A DNA stretch of 32,000 nucleotides from Nitrosopumilaceae archaeon (GCA_035455245.1 DATIFN010000016.1:73253-105252), one strand, 5' to 3'; counted from the stretch's first letter, positions 1 through 8,707 are shown. The notes: a model not told the origin generated them from the sequence alone. Numbers and translations are program-made.

Positions 1-103
1 CCAAATTTTGTTTTTTCGTCTTGATCGAAAACATTGAATCAAGTCAAATAAATCTTCGGCAGTCAAGTAAATTAAAATCCTAGTGTATTTATCTCACTTG
101 CGT

Positions 104-260
104 GGGGTCGTAGCCTAGCCAGGCATGGCGACAGGATAGATCACATGATCACCGCTAAGGGCTCCAGTGGTTTCACAAGCTTCACTGACGAAAGGATGAT
201 GTACAGTTTGGAGCTGTAGTGACCCGTGTGTCGCCGGTTCAACTCCGGTCGGCCCCACCA
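104..260 (+). tRNA. Interrupted tRNA, most likely tRNA-Trp(CCA), with about 80 nt of intervening sequence; 3' CCA encoded
   Basis: Acceptor GGGGTCG (104-110) pairs with CGGCCCC (250-256), followed by A257 and CCA. D arm is GCCT-AGCCAGGCA-TGGC. T arm is GCCGG-TTCAACT-CCGGT (233-249). Anticodon-stem halves ACAGG (131-135) and CCCGT (223-227) lie 87 nt apart. CTCCAG (162-167) plus A222 would form a CUCCAGA loop with anticodon CCA at 164-166. Exact splice junctions are not resolved. Confidence 0.7.
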
Positions 261-365
261 TCGTTATTACTGTTTTAGAGAACAGTTATAAGAGAAAAGC
301 ACCCTAGTGATATTCTGCATGATTATAATTAAATTAATTTTCAATTATCTGGGAGTGATGTTAAA

Positions 366-998
366 TTGAGTCGTGGTAATTTCCCAAGTTTTGGAATCTC
401 AAAAACGGGAACATATGTTTCTGCGCTCAAAAATTACAACCTGCCACATTTCATCCTTGAAAAAGTGGCAGAAGACTGCCAATCCGATCTAGTCAAAAAA
501 GGCAGAATTGAAGATCGCCTGCAAAGTATGAATGATTCTGCTCTTGAACTTCTTCACAAGGTTTTTGTTGATTGTGCGGAAGATGGTGATGGTGTTTATG
601 CTAATTATCGTTTTTGTGCTTATATTTCAAGCATGTTCCACAAGTGTGAAATTTTACTCAATGAAAAGATTCAAGGTGCATCTGGTAAGCTCCACAAAGT
701 ACCTGTTGCAGTAAAAAATAATGGGATGTACGTAGCAATTGGCTTTAACAAGTCTACAGGCGGCCCTATAAGCAAAAAGGAAGCCATAAAATTTTATGAA
801 ATAGTAGACGATGTCAAAAAAGGCGAACATGGCAATCTCTTGACAGATGGGATTTACGGATCCTCAGTAGGTTTTGAAGGCGAAGCACTCGTAAATCTAG
901 AGAATCTAAGTAAGGCTCGCAAAAAAGATCCCGAAAATAAAGTGGATTTCAAGACGGCAAGTTTTGAAAATAGGATTTATTCAGTTACCAAGTGTTAG
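366..998 (+). CDS. Hypothetical protein (210 aa from a TTG start; first in-frame ATG is at codon 55)
   Basis: Long ORF with ordinary soluble-protein composition. I recognise no motif. Start codon uncertain. Confidence 0.55.
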   Translation: MSRGNFPSFGISKTGTYVSALKNYNLPHFILEKVAEDCQSDLVKKGRIEDRLQSMNDSALELLHKVFVDCAEDGDGVYANYRFCAYISSMFHKCEILLNEKIQGASGKLHKVPVAVKNNGMYVAIGFNKSTGGPISKKEAIKFYEIVDDVKKGEHGNLLTDGIYGSSVGFEGEALVNLENLSKARKKDPENKVDFKTASFENRIYSVTKC

Positions 999-1136
999 AT
1001 TATTTTTCCTTTGTTGGAAAAAATTATGTGCACTCTTTTCTATATGCATGGTTTCGTTCCATGAAACAATTGTTTTCCATATTGTGAACAGATAAACTCA
1101 GGAATAAAAAATTGATACAAACAAATTCTGTATCTT

Positions 1137-1358
1137 TTACAACCATCTTATACCAGCGATTTCGTAATACTTTTCTTTTGCACGAGAATGCCTTGGTCTA
1201 ACGTGTAATACTGCATTGCAGCAAGGACATTTTGATCCAACACATTTGAAATAAACACCACACACACTGCATCTTTTTTGCCCATTCATATAACGAAATG
1301 TTGTTTTACCTAGAAACCACTTGAACGTGGTTTTGCATTCTCCTTTACAACTTAACAT
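1137..1358 (-). CDS. Small Cys-rich zinc-ribbon-like protein (73 aa)
   Basis: Eight Cys including CxxxC, CSVC and CPCC spacing, with a basic C-terminal tail. Lies 44 nt downstream of, and co-oriented with, the HExxH ORF. Confidence 0.55.
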   Translation of the reverse strand: MLSCKGECKTTFKWFLGKTTFRYMNGQKRCSVCGVYFKCVGSKCPCCNAVLHVRPRHSRAKEKYYEIAGIRWL

Positions 1359-1402
1359 GGATACAATTAGAATTTCAAGATTAAAAGAAACTGGTGATTC
1401 TA

Positions 1403-1966
1403 CTATAACCGAAATTCAGATGTATTTATGGTTGAAAAAGTGTTAGGCTCATCTGCTTTTTTAAAAGTTTGATCATAATATTCAAAGGGCAAGGACGCGA
1501 AAAGATGTCGTGTCCATATCTCGTGAACTAGATCCACATAGTTTTTGTTACCTGTCTGCCTAAGAAATTCATGCGCCAGCTCGTGTGACACGACGCTACA
1601 ATTTTTTTCAGCTAAAAATGCAATATCATCTTTTTTGATTCCAGCTTGCCACCAAACCATGCTAAAGTTCTCTGCATGATAACCTTCACATGTGCAATCT
1701 GTCCAAAGAGGTCTAAAATACGTGAGGTAAAAATGATAGATGTTCTCCCCTCGTTTTCTATGATCATTTAACAGCGATCCCATATTAATTCGGTGAAAAA
1801 AAGATGGAGTGACAGGCATTTGATCTGTTTGTACTTCAATTTTTTTTGAAAACGTTTTTTCAATCCATGTTTTATAAAATTGTGCCATTTGTGTAACATA
1901 CTCAAATTCCCATGTTCTTCTTTCCAGATCTTGCTTCTTTACGACAAAAATAAAGTGGACAAGCAT
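1403..1966 (-). CDS. Putative zinc metallopeptidase-like protein (HExxH motif)
   Basis: SHELAHEF contains HExxH, and a further HE lies 19 residues downstream (VHEIW). Family not recognised. An alternative start at M27 (1888) is possible. Confidence 0.5.
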   Translation of the reverse strand: MLVHFIFVVKKQDLERRTWEFEYVTQMAQFYKTWIEKTFSKKIEVQTDQMPVTPSFFHRINMGSLLNDHRKRGENIYHFYLTYFRPLWTDCTCEGYHAENFSMVWWQAGIKKDDIAFLAEKNCSVVSHELAHEFLRQTGNKNYVDLVHEIWTRHLFASLPFEYYDQTFKKADEPNTFSTINTSEFRL

Positions 1967-2019
1967 AGTTGCAGGGATTAAAGCTAGAGTTAAAAGCTAT
2001 TCGTATTTGAGAAATTATA

Positions 2020-2877
2020 ATGTCAAAATTCGATCCCAATGCATACAAAAAAAGAATCGTCGTTTCATGGAATGAATTTGCGTCAAAATACCATTCAGAT
2101 TGGGCAAGTAAGGACATAGGTCCTTTCAAGAGTACATCAAAAATAGTAAAAATTTCAAAAATTAAAACTGGTGATGTTGTTCTTGATTTAGCATGTGGAA
2201 CTGGTGTCGTTACAAAAAAGATTTCTGAGAAAATAGGAAATACCGGAATGGTGATCGGAGTAGATATTTCTCTAGGGCCAATAAAAATTGCAAAAAAATG
2301 GATCCTGAAAAAAAATGTAAAGTTTGTTATTGAAGATGTTGAAAAAATGAAATTTGATGAACAATTTGATGTTGTAACATGTCAGTTTGGTTTAATGTTT
2401 TTCCCAAATGTCCAACTTGTATTAAAAAAAGTTCGCAAATTTTTAAAAAAAGAAGGCAGGATTGTTGTTGCGGTTCATGGTAGCAAAAGTTCAACTCCAT
2501 ATTTTAGCTGTATTTCAAAGGAAGTGCTAAAATTCATACCAGACTTTCTTCCGCCAGGAACTCCGACAGTACACCGATTTGGAACAAAAAATCTCCTGAG
2601 AACGGAATTTGAAAAAGCTGGTTTCAAAAAAATTAAGATCCATGAATTTAATTTCAAATACACGCCAGGAACATTTCAAGATTATTGGAGAGACTATTTT
2701 TCTAATCTTACAACACCTTTAAAAAAGAAATTCAAATCTCTTGATGTACGTCAGTTTGTAGAAATGAAAAAAAGAGTAGAAAAAAATACTAGGAGATTTA
2801 CAAAAAATGGAAAAATTATTTTTCCCTGGAAGGTTTTGGTTCTTTCTGCAGTTAATCCAAAAAAGTTAAGTGATTAA
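2020..2877 (+). CDS. Class I SAM-dependent methyltransferase
   Basis: Motif I VLDLACGTGVVT, followed by VIGVDIS and a Rossmann-like pattern. UbiE/COQ5-like layout. Confidence 0.8.
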   Translation: MSKFDPNAYKKRIVVSWNEFASKYHSDWASKDIGPFKSTSKIVKISKIKTGDVVLDLACGTGVVTKKISEKIGNTGMVIGVDISLGPIKIAKKWILKKNVKFVIEDVEKMKFDEQFDVVTCQFGLMFFPNVQLVLKKVRKFLKKEGRIVVAVHGSKSSTPYFSCISKEVLKFIPDFLPPGTPTVHRFGTKNLLRTEFEKAGFKKIKIHEFNFKYTPGTFQDYWRDYFSNLTTPLKKKFKSLDVRQFVEMKKRVEKNTRRFTKNGKIIFPWKVLVLSAVNPKKLSD

Positions 2878-3128
2878 CTCTGTCCTTCTATTCCCATCAG
2901 AGTTAAAGTAGAGCGAATCTTTTCTATCTTGCGAATTTTCCAAGTGATTACTTCTCTTAATGCTTCTACTGATGGCGATTCTATCTTGGCCAAAATATCA
3001 TATGCACCAAAAGTGCCATGTACTTCCTTTACACCCTCAATGGACTTCAATTGTCCTATGATAGATTCTTCCGAGCCAAGTTCGCAGTTTATTAAGACAT
3101 ATGCTGTTGCCATGGGGTAGGTATACAA
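2874..3128 (-). CDS. Stand-alone Lrp/AsnC-type ligand-binding (RAM) domain protein
   Basis: 84 aa. AYVLINCELGSEESIIGQLKSIEGVKEVHGTFGAYDILAKIE is typical of a RAM domain. No HTH is present. Its stop overlaps the convergent methyltransferase stop in a TTAA. Confidence 0.7.
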   Translation of the reverse strand: MYTYPMATAYVLINCELGSEESIIGQLKSIEGVKEVHGTFGAYDILAKIESPSVEALREVITWKIRKIEKIRSTLTLMGIEGQS

Positions 3129-3176
3129 ATCAAATATATCAATAGATCTGTTGTAGAGTGAATTTATCAGAGTCTG

Positions 3177-3587
3177 TTAACTATTTGATTTCTTAATTAT
3201 TATATCCCAGATGTTTTTTGGGACAGGCATTACTGATAACCTTGATATGCGTAGAAGTTCCCAATTTTTGAACAATGGGTCTTTTTTCATCTCTTCTAAG
3301 GTTACAGGTCTTTTGAGCGGTTTTACGGCTTTAACATCTACAACGACATATCTTTTGTCATCTTCTTTAGGATTGGGATATGGATGTGACAGTATCATAA
3401 TAATTCCAACAGCCTGCTTTTCATCTTCAGTGTGATAGAAAAGGGCTTGATCTCCTTTTTTCATCGAGTTTAGATGTTTTAGAGCGAGGTTGTTGTGTAC
3501 GCTATCCCATATTGTCTTTTTTTCTTTTTCAAGAGCAGCATAATTGTATACTGATGGTTCTTGTTTTACTAACCAGTAATTTACCAT
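3177..3587 (-). CDS. EVE domain (PUA-like) protein
   Basis: N-terminal NYWLVKQEPSVY and the overall pattern and length (136 aa) match the EVE/Thyn1-like family. Confidence 0.75.
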   Translation of the reverse strand: MVNYWLVKQEPSVYNYAALEKEKKTIWDSVHNNLALKHLNSMKKGDQALFYHTEDEKQAVGIIMILSHPYPNPKEDDKRYVVVDVKAVKPLKRPVTLEEMKKDPLFKNWELLRISRLSVMPVPKNIWDIIIKKSNS

Positions 3588-3639
3588 TTAACGGTGTTAC
3601 AATCATTTTCTTTATTGCTTTTTTGGTTATGAAGAATGT

Positions 3640-3775
3640 TCCCCGGGTCTGACCCACAAAAAGTCATTGGTAGCATTAGCGTTCCCTCATCTTTGTTCTT
3701 ACACCGGGGTGCCCTGTCGCACGGCTGGGTGGACCAAAAATCATATTTTATCATCCCAGTCCGTCTGCGTGCATT
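3640..3775. ncRNA. Candidate structured RNA or structured UTR (GC-rich intergenic patch); strand and identity unknown
   Basis: 43 of 80 nt are G or C in 3701-3780, against a clearly AT-rich background. CCCCGG (3641-3646) is complementary to CCGGGG (3704-3709). GCACGGCTGGG (3719-3729) pairs imperfectly with CCCAGTCCGTCTGCGTGC (3755-3772). Confidence 0.25.
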
Positions 3776-3797
3776 TATGGGCATAATAATTTGGTTA

Positions 3798-5459
3798 TCA
3801 GTCAAATATTAATCCAGTCAGTTTTACTTCAAAACCCACGACTGGAACTCTCAGCTTAAAGTTATTTCTTACCTCCCCAGAGATCAGACCAATCATTCCA
3901 ACTGTTTTGTTTTTAATCTGGATGCTTGCTGTGCTGCCTTGCAAAAACAATGGATTTGATGATGTGAATGTAGAACATTGTAAGTCAAATCCTGTTTTAA
4001 AAACAGATTGTAAGATTGATTTTACTTCGCTAAAACTGACACCATTGTAAGCACAAACACAAGCAAGATGAATATCTTCCCTTATCTCATTAGATGATTT
4101 TGAGAACACTACACCAGTCTCAAAGAGCCTTTGAGGATAGGTCACATGTATATTTCTTGAAAGAGTATCAATCAATCCTGGAAGAATGGCATCACGCAAA
4201 ATGGTATGACCTTGACTTTTAGAATCATCCACAGAAATCATCTTTGATGAGTCCCTCATTGTTAGATCATATTGAACTTCTTTACTTACAAGACCAAAAT
4301 TCATTGCTTCAGAATAACCAAGACCAACCATAATTGCACTCACTGTGTCCAATACTTTTGTAACCTTACTTTTCTGTCCCGTGGAAACAGACGGCGGAAT
4401 TGTTGGTTGTAGATTTTGTATTCCATAACCAAGGGCGACTTCTTCCACAAGATCCATAGGTCCAAAAATATCTGTTCTATATCTTGGGACTGTACATACA
4501 ATTTTATTTCCTTGTGGTTTTGCATCTAACCTACTTTTTCTTAATGAGGAAGTAATTGTATTTGAAGAAAGATCAAGACCGAGTGTTTTGTTTACTAGGT
4601 CAACTTCAACAGTCATTTTCCTTGGATTCAATGTCGGTACGGAATTATTAGCCCCAGAAATTTTTGTTGAGAAAATTGAAAACCCAGAATTTTGAAGTGT
4701 GTTAGCAACTACTGCAAGGGTATCTTCAGCAGCATTTTTGTCAACGGCTGTAATTTCTACAAATAGATTTTTTGTGGTTTTTAAAATTGTTGTAAGATTT
4801 GAGTTTATTATTGGGGGAAATGAAACAGTGTTACCATTAGAATCCAAAATGATAGGAACTTTTTGTGAATCGCCAAGGATACCACCATATTTTTTCCCGA
4901 CCTCAGTGTTTTGCAATATTTCTGAAACAGACATTTCAGATGATGATGTTAGTGGAATAAACTTGTGGTCTTTATTCACTGTTGTATAAAAGATAGGAAA
5001 TTTAATTTTGTCAAGATCATGGATTCCAATTGATGTTTTTTTTCGTCTTCTTCCTATCCCGTTATGAAGGTCTTCCTGCATCACAATTATTTGCCTTATT
5101 GTTTCATTGTCTAGTTTTCCATTTTTTGCCACTATAGTTGTGATAAATGGTCTTACTTTTCTTACCGAAGGATCTACTTTAACAGAATATTTTCCTTTTT
5201 TGATTTTTAATTTTGGCATTCCTGTTTTGATTCCAAGAAGTCCTTGAAGACCTAATGCTATTCCATAATCAGTAGAATAATCAGGTCTGTTTGGACTGTA
5301 TTCTACAGAAATGCTTTCGTGTGTTTGTTCCTCAACATCTAGGCCGATGAATGGAAGGGTCGAGATTATTTTGTTTTTTGGTGTTTTTTTTCCAAGAAGT
5401 TTTTGTAACCTATTGAAATACAATGTTACTACGGGCATTTGGAAACACTCCTTAGCCAA
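3798..5459 (-). CDS. pheT: Phenylalanyl-tRNA synthetase beta subunit (archaeal type)
   Basis: Length of about 550 aa and a B3/4 plus B5 plus catalytic-like domain pattern. Lies immediately downstream of and overlapping pheS. An alternative start at MPVVTL (5438) is plausible. Confidence 0.9.
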   Translation of the reverse strand: MAKECFQMPVVTLYFNRLQKLLGKKTPKNKIISTLPFIGLDVEEQTHESISVEYSPNRPDYSTDYGIALGLQGLLGIKTGMPKLKIKKGKYSVKVDPSVRKVRPFITTIVAKNGKLDNETIRQIIVMQEDLHNGIGRRRKKTSIGIHDLDKIKFPIFYTTVNKDHKFIPLTSSSEMSVSEILQNTEVGKKYGGILGDSQKVPIILDSNGNTVSFPPIINSNLTTILKTTKNLFVEITAVDKNAAEDTLAVVANTLQNSGFSIFSTKISGANNSVPTLNPRKMTVEVDLVNKTLGLDLSSNTITSSLRKSRLDAKPQGNKIVCTVPRYRTDIFGPMDLVEEVALGYGIQNLQPTIPPSVSTGQKSKVTKVLDTVSAIMVGLGYSEAMNFGLVSKEVQYDLTMRDSSKMISVDDSKSQGHTILRDAILPGLIDTLSRNIHVTYPQRLFETGVVFSKSSNEIREDIHLACVCAYNGVSFSEVKSILQSVFKTGFDLQCSTFTSSNPLFLQGSTASIQIKNKTVGMIGLISGEVRNNFKLRVPVVGFEVKLTGLIFD

Positions 5460-6919
5460 CCCAAGTTGTTATTATAAAGTTCACGCACATCTTCTAAGGC
5501 AAATTTTAGCATGGCTATTCTTTCAATGCCTCCTCCCCAAGCAAGCACAGGGTTTGTAATTCCTAAAGGTTTAGTAACTTCCGGTCTGAATATTCCCATG
5601 CCAAAAAGCTCTACCCATTTGCCAAGTTTTTCATTATAGACCATTGATTGTATTGATGGTTCAGTGTAAGGAAAGAATGTTGGCCAGAACTTGACCTTCT
5701 TAAGACCCATTTTGTAGTAAAATTCACGTTGTAGACCCATCAAGTCTCTAAGTGTAACGTTTTTTCCCACAACAACTCCTTCTACCTGATTAAACTCAAC
5801 AAGATGTTTATAGCTGACTTTTTCATTTCTAAACACTCTTCCAACTGAGAAAATTCTTGCCTCATCTGGATTGTTGTCTGTCAGATGTCTTATTGTTACA
5901 CATGTAGTATGTGTACGCAAAACCATTTTTTTTGCTTCTTCAAGTTTCCAGTTATAATGCCAACTCTTATTGTGAGCTTCTGATACCTTGGCAATTTGGT
6001 TAGGTGTAGCAAATTTTTTTGCACTAGTATCCTTTAGGTAGAATGTATCTTGCATTTCCCTGGCTGGATGATCTTGTGGAGTAAAAAGTGCGTCAAAATT
6101 CCAAAAGCTTGATTGTATAAGGTTTCCAGATATCTCGGTAAATCCAAGACTAACAAAAATTTCTCTTATTTCGTTTATGACGTCGTGTAATGGATGAGAC
6201 CTTGCTGCAAAAACTTCTGGTGCAGGAGCTTCTACGTCAATGGCCAATTTGGCATCAGGCGCAAAGGGTTTAGTTTCTGTTATTGGACCTTCTGTGTTAA
6301 AAGGACTTTCTAAGATACCACCTGAAGATGATTCGATTTGGGTGATTGGAGTATCTAGCCCTTGTTTTGTTAGATTTATTACTGTAGTTTTTATCGAATC
6401 AAGAAGAATAAAGTCAGGTCTTTTTTTAAGAGATTCAAACGCAGATTTGTTTTTTATTTCTGATACAGGGATTTTATTAGCAAGGATGAAAAGCAATTCC
6501 TCCTCTGGAGAATTTGTTATGTTGTCCTTTAGTGTGATAATGTTTGAAGTCTGTCCTTTTGTAATCTCAATCCATCCATTTTGTCGTGCGTTTGAGATGG
6601 CAGCATTAAATTCATCCTCTGCGACGGCAGTCCTTGCTGCCTCAAAAGTACAAACTTTATGTTTTGCAAGGTGATTTACAAGTCTTCTCTCAGGAAGGCC
6701 TTTCCTAGCAGCTTCCTTTCCATTTTCTCCAAGACTGGCAAAGAAAACTTCAGATTCATGAACCTCTACCAAATTTTTGTATTTGAGCCACTGAACACCT
6801 CTTCTCACTTGATCGATAGCAAGTTGAGCATTTTTTGCAAGTTCATCATGCGTTATGTTAGGTGTTTCTTTTAGAGTTTTGATTATTTTATGTTCGATTG
6901 GATGAAGAACTTTAGACAT
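5429..6919 (-). CDS. pheS: Phenylalanyl-tRNA synthetase alpha subunit
   Basis: Class II core motifs (FRNE, GxGxGxER-like GGGIERIAML). N-terminal winged-helix repeats. Start placed at ATG 6919 (MSKVLHP); the ORF-track extension to 6991 overlaps trpS. Confidence 0.92.
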   Translation of the reverse strand: MSKVLHPIEHKIIKTLKETPNITHDELAKNAQLAIDQVRRGVQWLKYKNLVEVHESEVFFASLGENGKEAARKGLPERRLVNHLAKHKVCTFEAARTAVAEDEFNAAISNARQNGWIEITKGQTSNIITLKDNITNSPEEELLFILANKIPVSEIKNKSAFESLKKRPDFILLDSIKTTVINLTKQGLDTPITQIESSSGGILESPFNTEGPITETKPFAPDAKLAIDVEAPAPEVFAARSHPLHDVINEIREIFVSLGFTEISGNLIQSSFWNFDALFTPQDHPAREMQDTFYLKDTSAKKFATPNQIAKVSEAHNKSWHYNWKLEEAKKMVLRTHTTCVTIRHLTDNNPDEARIFSVGRVFRNEKVSYKHLVEFNQVEGVVVGKNVTLRDLMGLQREFYYKMGLKKVKFWPTFFPYTEPSIQSMVYNEKLGKWVELFGMGIFRPEVTKPLGITNPVLAWGGGIERIAMLKFALEDVRELYNNNLGWLRSVSKCP

Positions 6920-6971
6920 TATCACAAAAAGCAGAAAAGACTTTTTAAACCTTAACCTATCTGAATGATGA

Positions 6972-8087
6972 ATGTCAGGCGACGAGTTCACAGTTACTCC
7001 TTGGAGTGTCGAAGGTGATGTTGATTATGACAAACTTATTCAAAAATTCGGTACAGAAAAAATTTCAGCTGATCTGCTTGAGAGAATAAAAAAGAAAACT
7101 GGCGAATTACATCCAATGCTAAAGCTTGGATATTTTTTTAGCCATAGAGACTTTGACAAAGTTTTATCAGAGTATGAAAAAGGAAACAAGTTTTATCTTT
7201 ACACAGGCAGAGGACCATCAGGTTCAATCCACATGGGGCATCTTCTTCCATGGATTTTTACAAAATATTTACAGGATAAATTTGATGTAAACTTGATCTT
7301 TCAGATCACAGATGATGAAAAATTTCTTTATAGTGATGACAAATCGTTTGAAGACGTATCAAAATTCACCCATGAAAACCTCTTGGACATCATTGCGGTA
7401 GGATTTGATCCCAAGAAAACAAAAATCCTAATAGATTCCAAAGACATTAAACGAATCTATCCCGTTTCTCTTGAAATTGCTAAAAAAATAACATATTCTA
7501 CCGTAAAGGCAGTTTTTGGTTTTCAAAATTCAACCAATATAGGAATGATTGGATTCCCGCCGATTCAGGCAGCTCCTTGTTTTCTTCCGTCCATAATTGA
7601 GGGCAAACCTACTCCTGTTCTCATACCTGCTGCAATTGATCAAGATCCATACTGGCGGGTAACAAGAGACATTGCAGAAAAAATTGGGTACCCAAAACCT
7701 GCACAAATCCACTCCAAATTCCTTCCTGGTCTTGGCATGAAAGGAAAGATGTCATCATCTGTTCCAGAAACTGCAATATTCACCACAGATGAAGAAGAGG
7801 TTGTTGACAAAAAGATTTCAAATTCATTTACTGGAGGCCAACCTACAATTGAACTCCAACGCAAATTGGGAGCTAACTTCAACATATGCCCTGTATTTTG
7901 GTATTTGCGATATTTCTTTGATTCTGAAAAAGATTCTGAGGAACGAGCAAGAAAATGCAAGAGTGGCGAGCTTTTGTGTGGAGAATGCAAATGTGATCTT
8001 AAAGATGCTGCAAAGCCCTTCATAGTAGATTTTAAGAAAAAAAGAGAAAAAGCAAAAGACCAGATAAACAATTTCTTGTTTGAATAA
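6972..8087 (+). CDS. trpS: Tryptophanyl-tRNA synthetase (archaeal/eukaryotic type)
   Basis: N-terminal VTPWSVEGDVDYDKLIQKFGT. HIGH-type motif GSIHMGHLLP. KMSKS-type motif KMSSS. Confidence 0.9.
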   Translation: MSGDEFTVTPWSVEGDVDYDKLIQKFGTEKISADLLERIKKKTGELHPMLKLGYFFSHRDFDKVLSEYEKGNKFYLYTGRGPSGSIHMGHLLPWIFTKYLQDKFDVNLIFQITDDEKFLYSDDKSFEDVSKFTHENLLDIIAVGFDPKKTKILIDSKDIKRIYPVSLEIAKKITYSTVKAVFGFQNSTNIGMIGFPPIQAAPCFLPSIIEGKPTPVLIPAAIDQDPYWRVTRDIAEKIGYPKPAQIHSKFLPGLGMKGKMSSSVPETAIFTTDEEEVVDKKISNSFTGGQPTIELQRKLGANFNICPVFWYLRYFFDSEKDSEERARKCKSGELLCGECKCDLKDAAKPFIVDFKKKREKAKDQINNFLFE

Positions 8088-8373
8088 AGTCATGAAAAAA
8101 AAGATCATATGCGAAGACGAGTATGAAGCACAGAAACTCTCTAGTTTAATTTATGTAAAACAAGATGAAGAGCCATTCGTCACTGGAATTTTAGAAGTTA
8201 TCGAAAACGAAGTCATCATATCTGCAAAAGACAAATCTGCCCATAGCATTCTTCTAAGAGACGAATCAGAGGTAGAATCATTTGTTGATTTTATACAATC
8301 TGTTATTGAAAAAAAACATAGGATAACAAAAACTGCAGTCTTAAATGAGATAGTTGAGATAACAAAAGAGTAA
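8080..8373 (+). CDS. Hypothetical small acidic protein (start more likely ATG 8092)
   Basis: ORF only, no motif recognised. The TTG at 8080 overlaps the trpS stop, and an ATG lies 4 codons downstream. Confidence 0.45.
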   Translation: MNKVMKKKIICEDEYEAQKLSSLIYVKQDEEPFVTGILEVIENEVIISAKDKSAHSILLRDESEVESFVDFIQSVIEKKHRITKTAVLNEIVEITKE

Positions 8374-8374
8374 A

Positions 8375-8707
8375 CTAAACGAGTGATTTATCCATCTCAG
8401 TAGTCATTATTTCTTGTACTTTGAGAAAGTATAATCTAGTGGAGTAAGGCATTTCATCCAAGTGGTTTTCTATTGCCATCATAAAATATCTTACAGCACG
8501 TTTTGATATATCCAAATTGAATTTCATCGACAATACAGGATCTTGTTTAGCATTTATCTTGTCTACTAACCACGGAGGAGCCATATCCTTTGCTTCTTGT
8601 ATGACTTTTTTGTACCAGTATGCTATGTTTTCTGGATTAAGGCCGTCTTTTAATTCTGTCACATCGGCAGCTATTTTGTTTATCATATAATTGGTCAGGT
8701 TTTTCAT
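8375..8707 (-). CDS. Hypothetical protein (110 aa)
   Basis: ORF with balanced composition. No motif recognised. Confidence 0.5.
   Translation of the reverse strand: MKNLTNYMINKIAADVTELKDGLNPENIAYWYKKVIQEAKDMAPPWLVDKINAKQDPVLSMKFNLDISKRAVRYFMMAIENHLDEMPYSTRLYFLKVQEIMTTEMDKSLV

Noticed and set aside
1040-1100. Palindromic sequences (GTTTC..GAAAC, AAACAATTGTTT) between convergent genes, considered as a regulatory operator
   Set aside because: The position between two convergent 3' ends fits simple bidirectional terminator hairpins. The same applies to GATTATC/GATAATC at about 21186-21208.
1902-2129. 75-aa minus-strand ORF bridging the HExxH gene and the methyltransferase gene
   Set aside because: It overlaps the starts of both better-supported divergent genes and covers their shared promoter spacer. 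No motif was seen.
3640-3715. H/ACA or box C/D sRNA within the 3.6-kb GC-rich patch
   Set aside because: On the plus strand, ATGAAGA followed by CTGA gives half of a C/D unit, but no C'/D pair follows. On the minus strand, a stem followed by ACA exists, but I could not build an upper stem or pseudouridylation pocket.
3581-3805. 74-aa ORF spanning the pheT-EVE intergenic region
   Set aside because: It overlaps both neighbouring genes, has an odd Cys/Arg/Pro-rich composition, and coincides with the GC-rich self-complementary patch. An RNA element explains the GC content better. It is not fully excluded, and conservation analysis would decide.
6240-6674. 144-aa ORF antisense to pheS
   Set aside because: It lies entirely inside a confidently identified aaRS gene on the opposite strand. 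Its composition is low-complexity and Ser/Phe-rich, typical of antisense frames in AT-rich genomes. No motif was seen.
7640-8108. 143-aa and 94-aa ORFs antisense to trpS, and a 78-aa same-strand alternative frame
   Set aside because: They are embedded in the TrpRS coding region. Their Ser/Phe/Leu-rich sequences are shadow ORFs.
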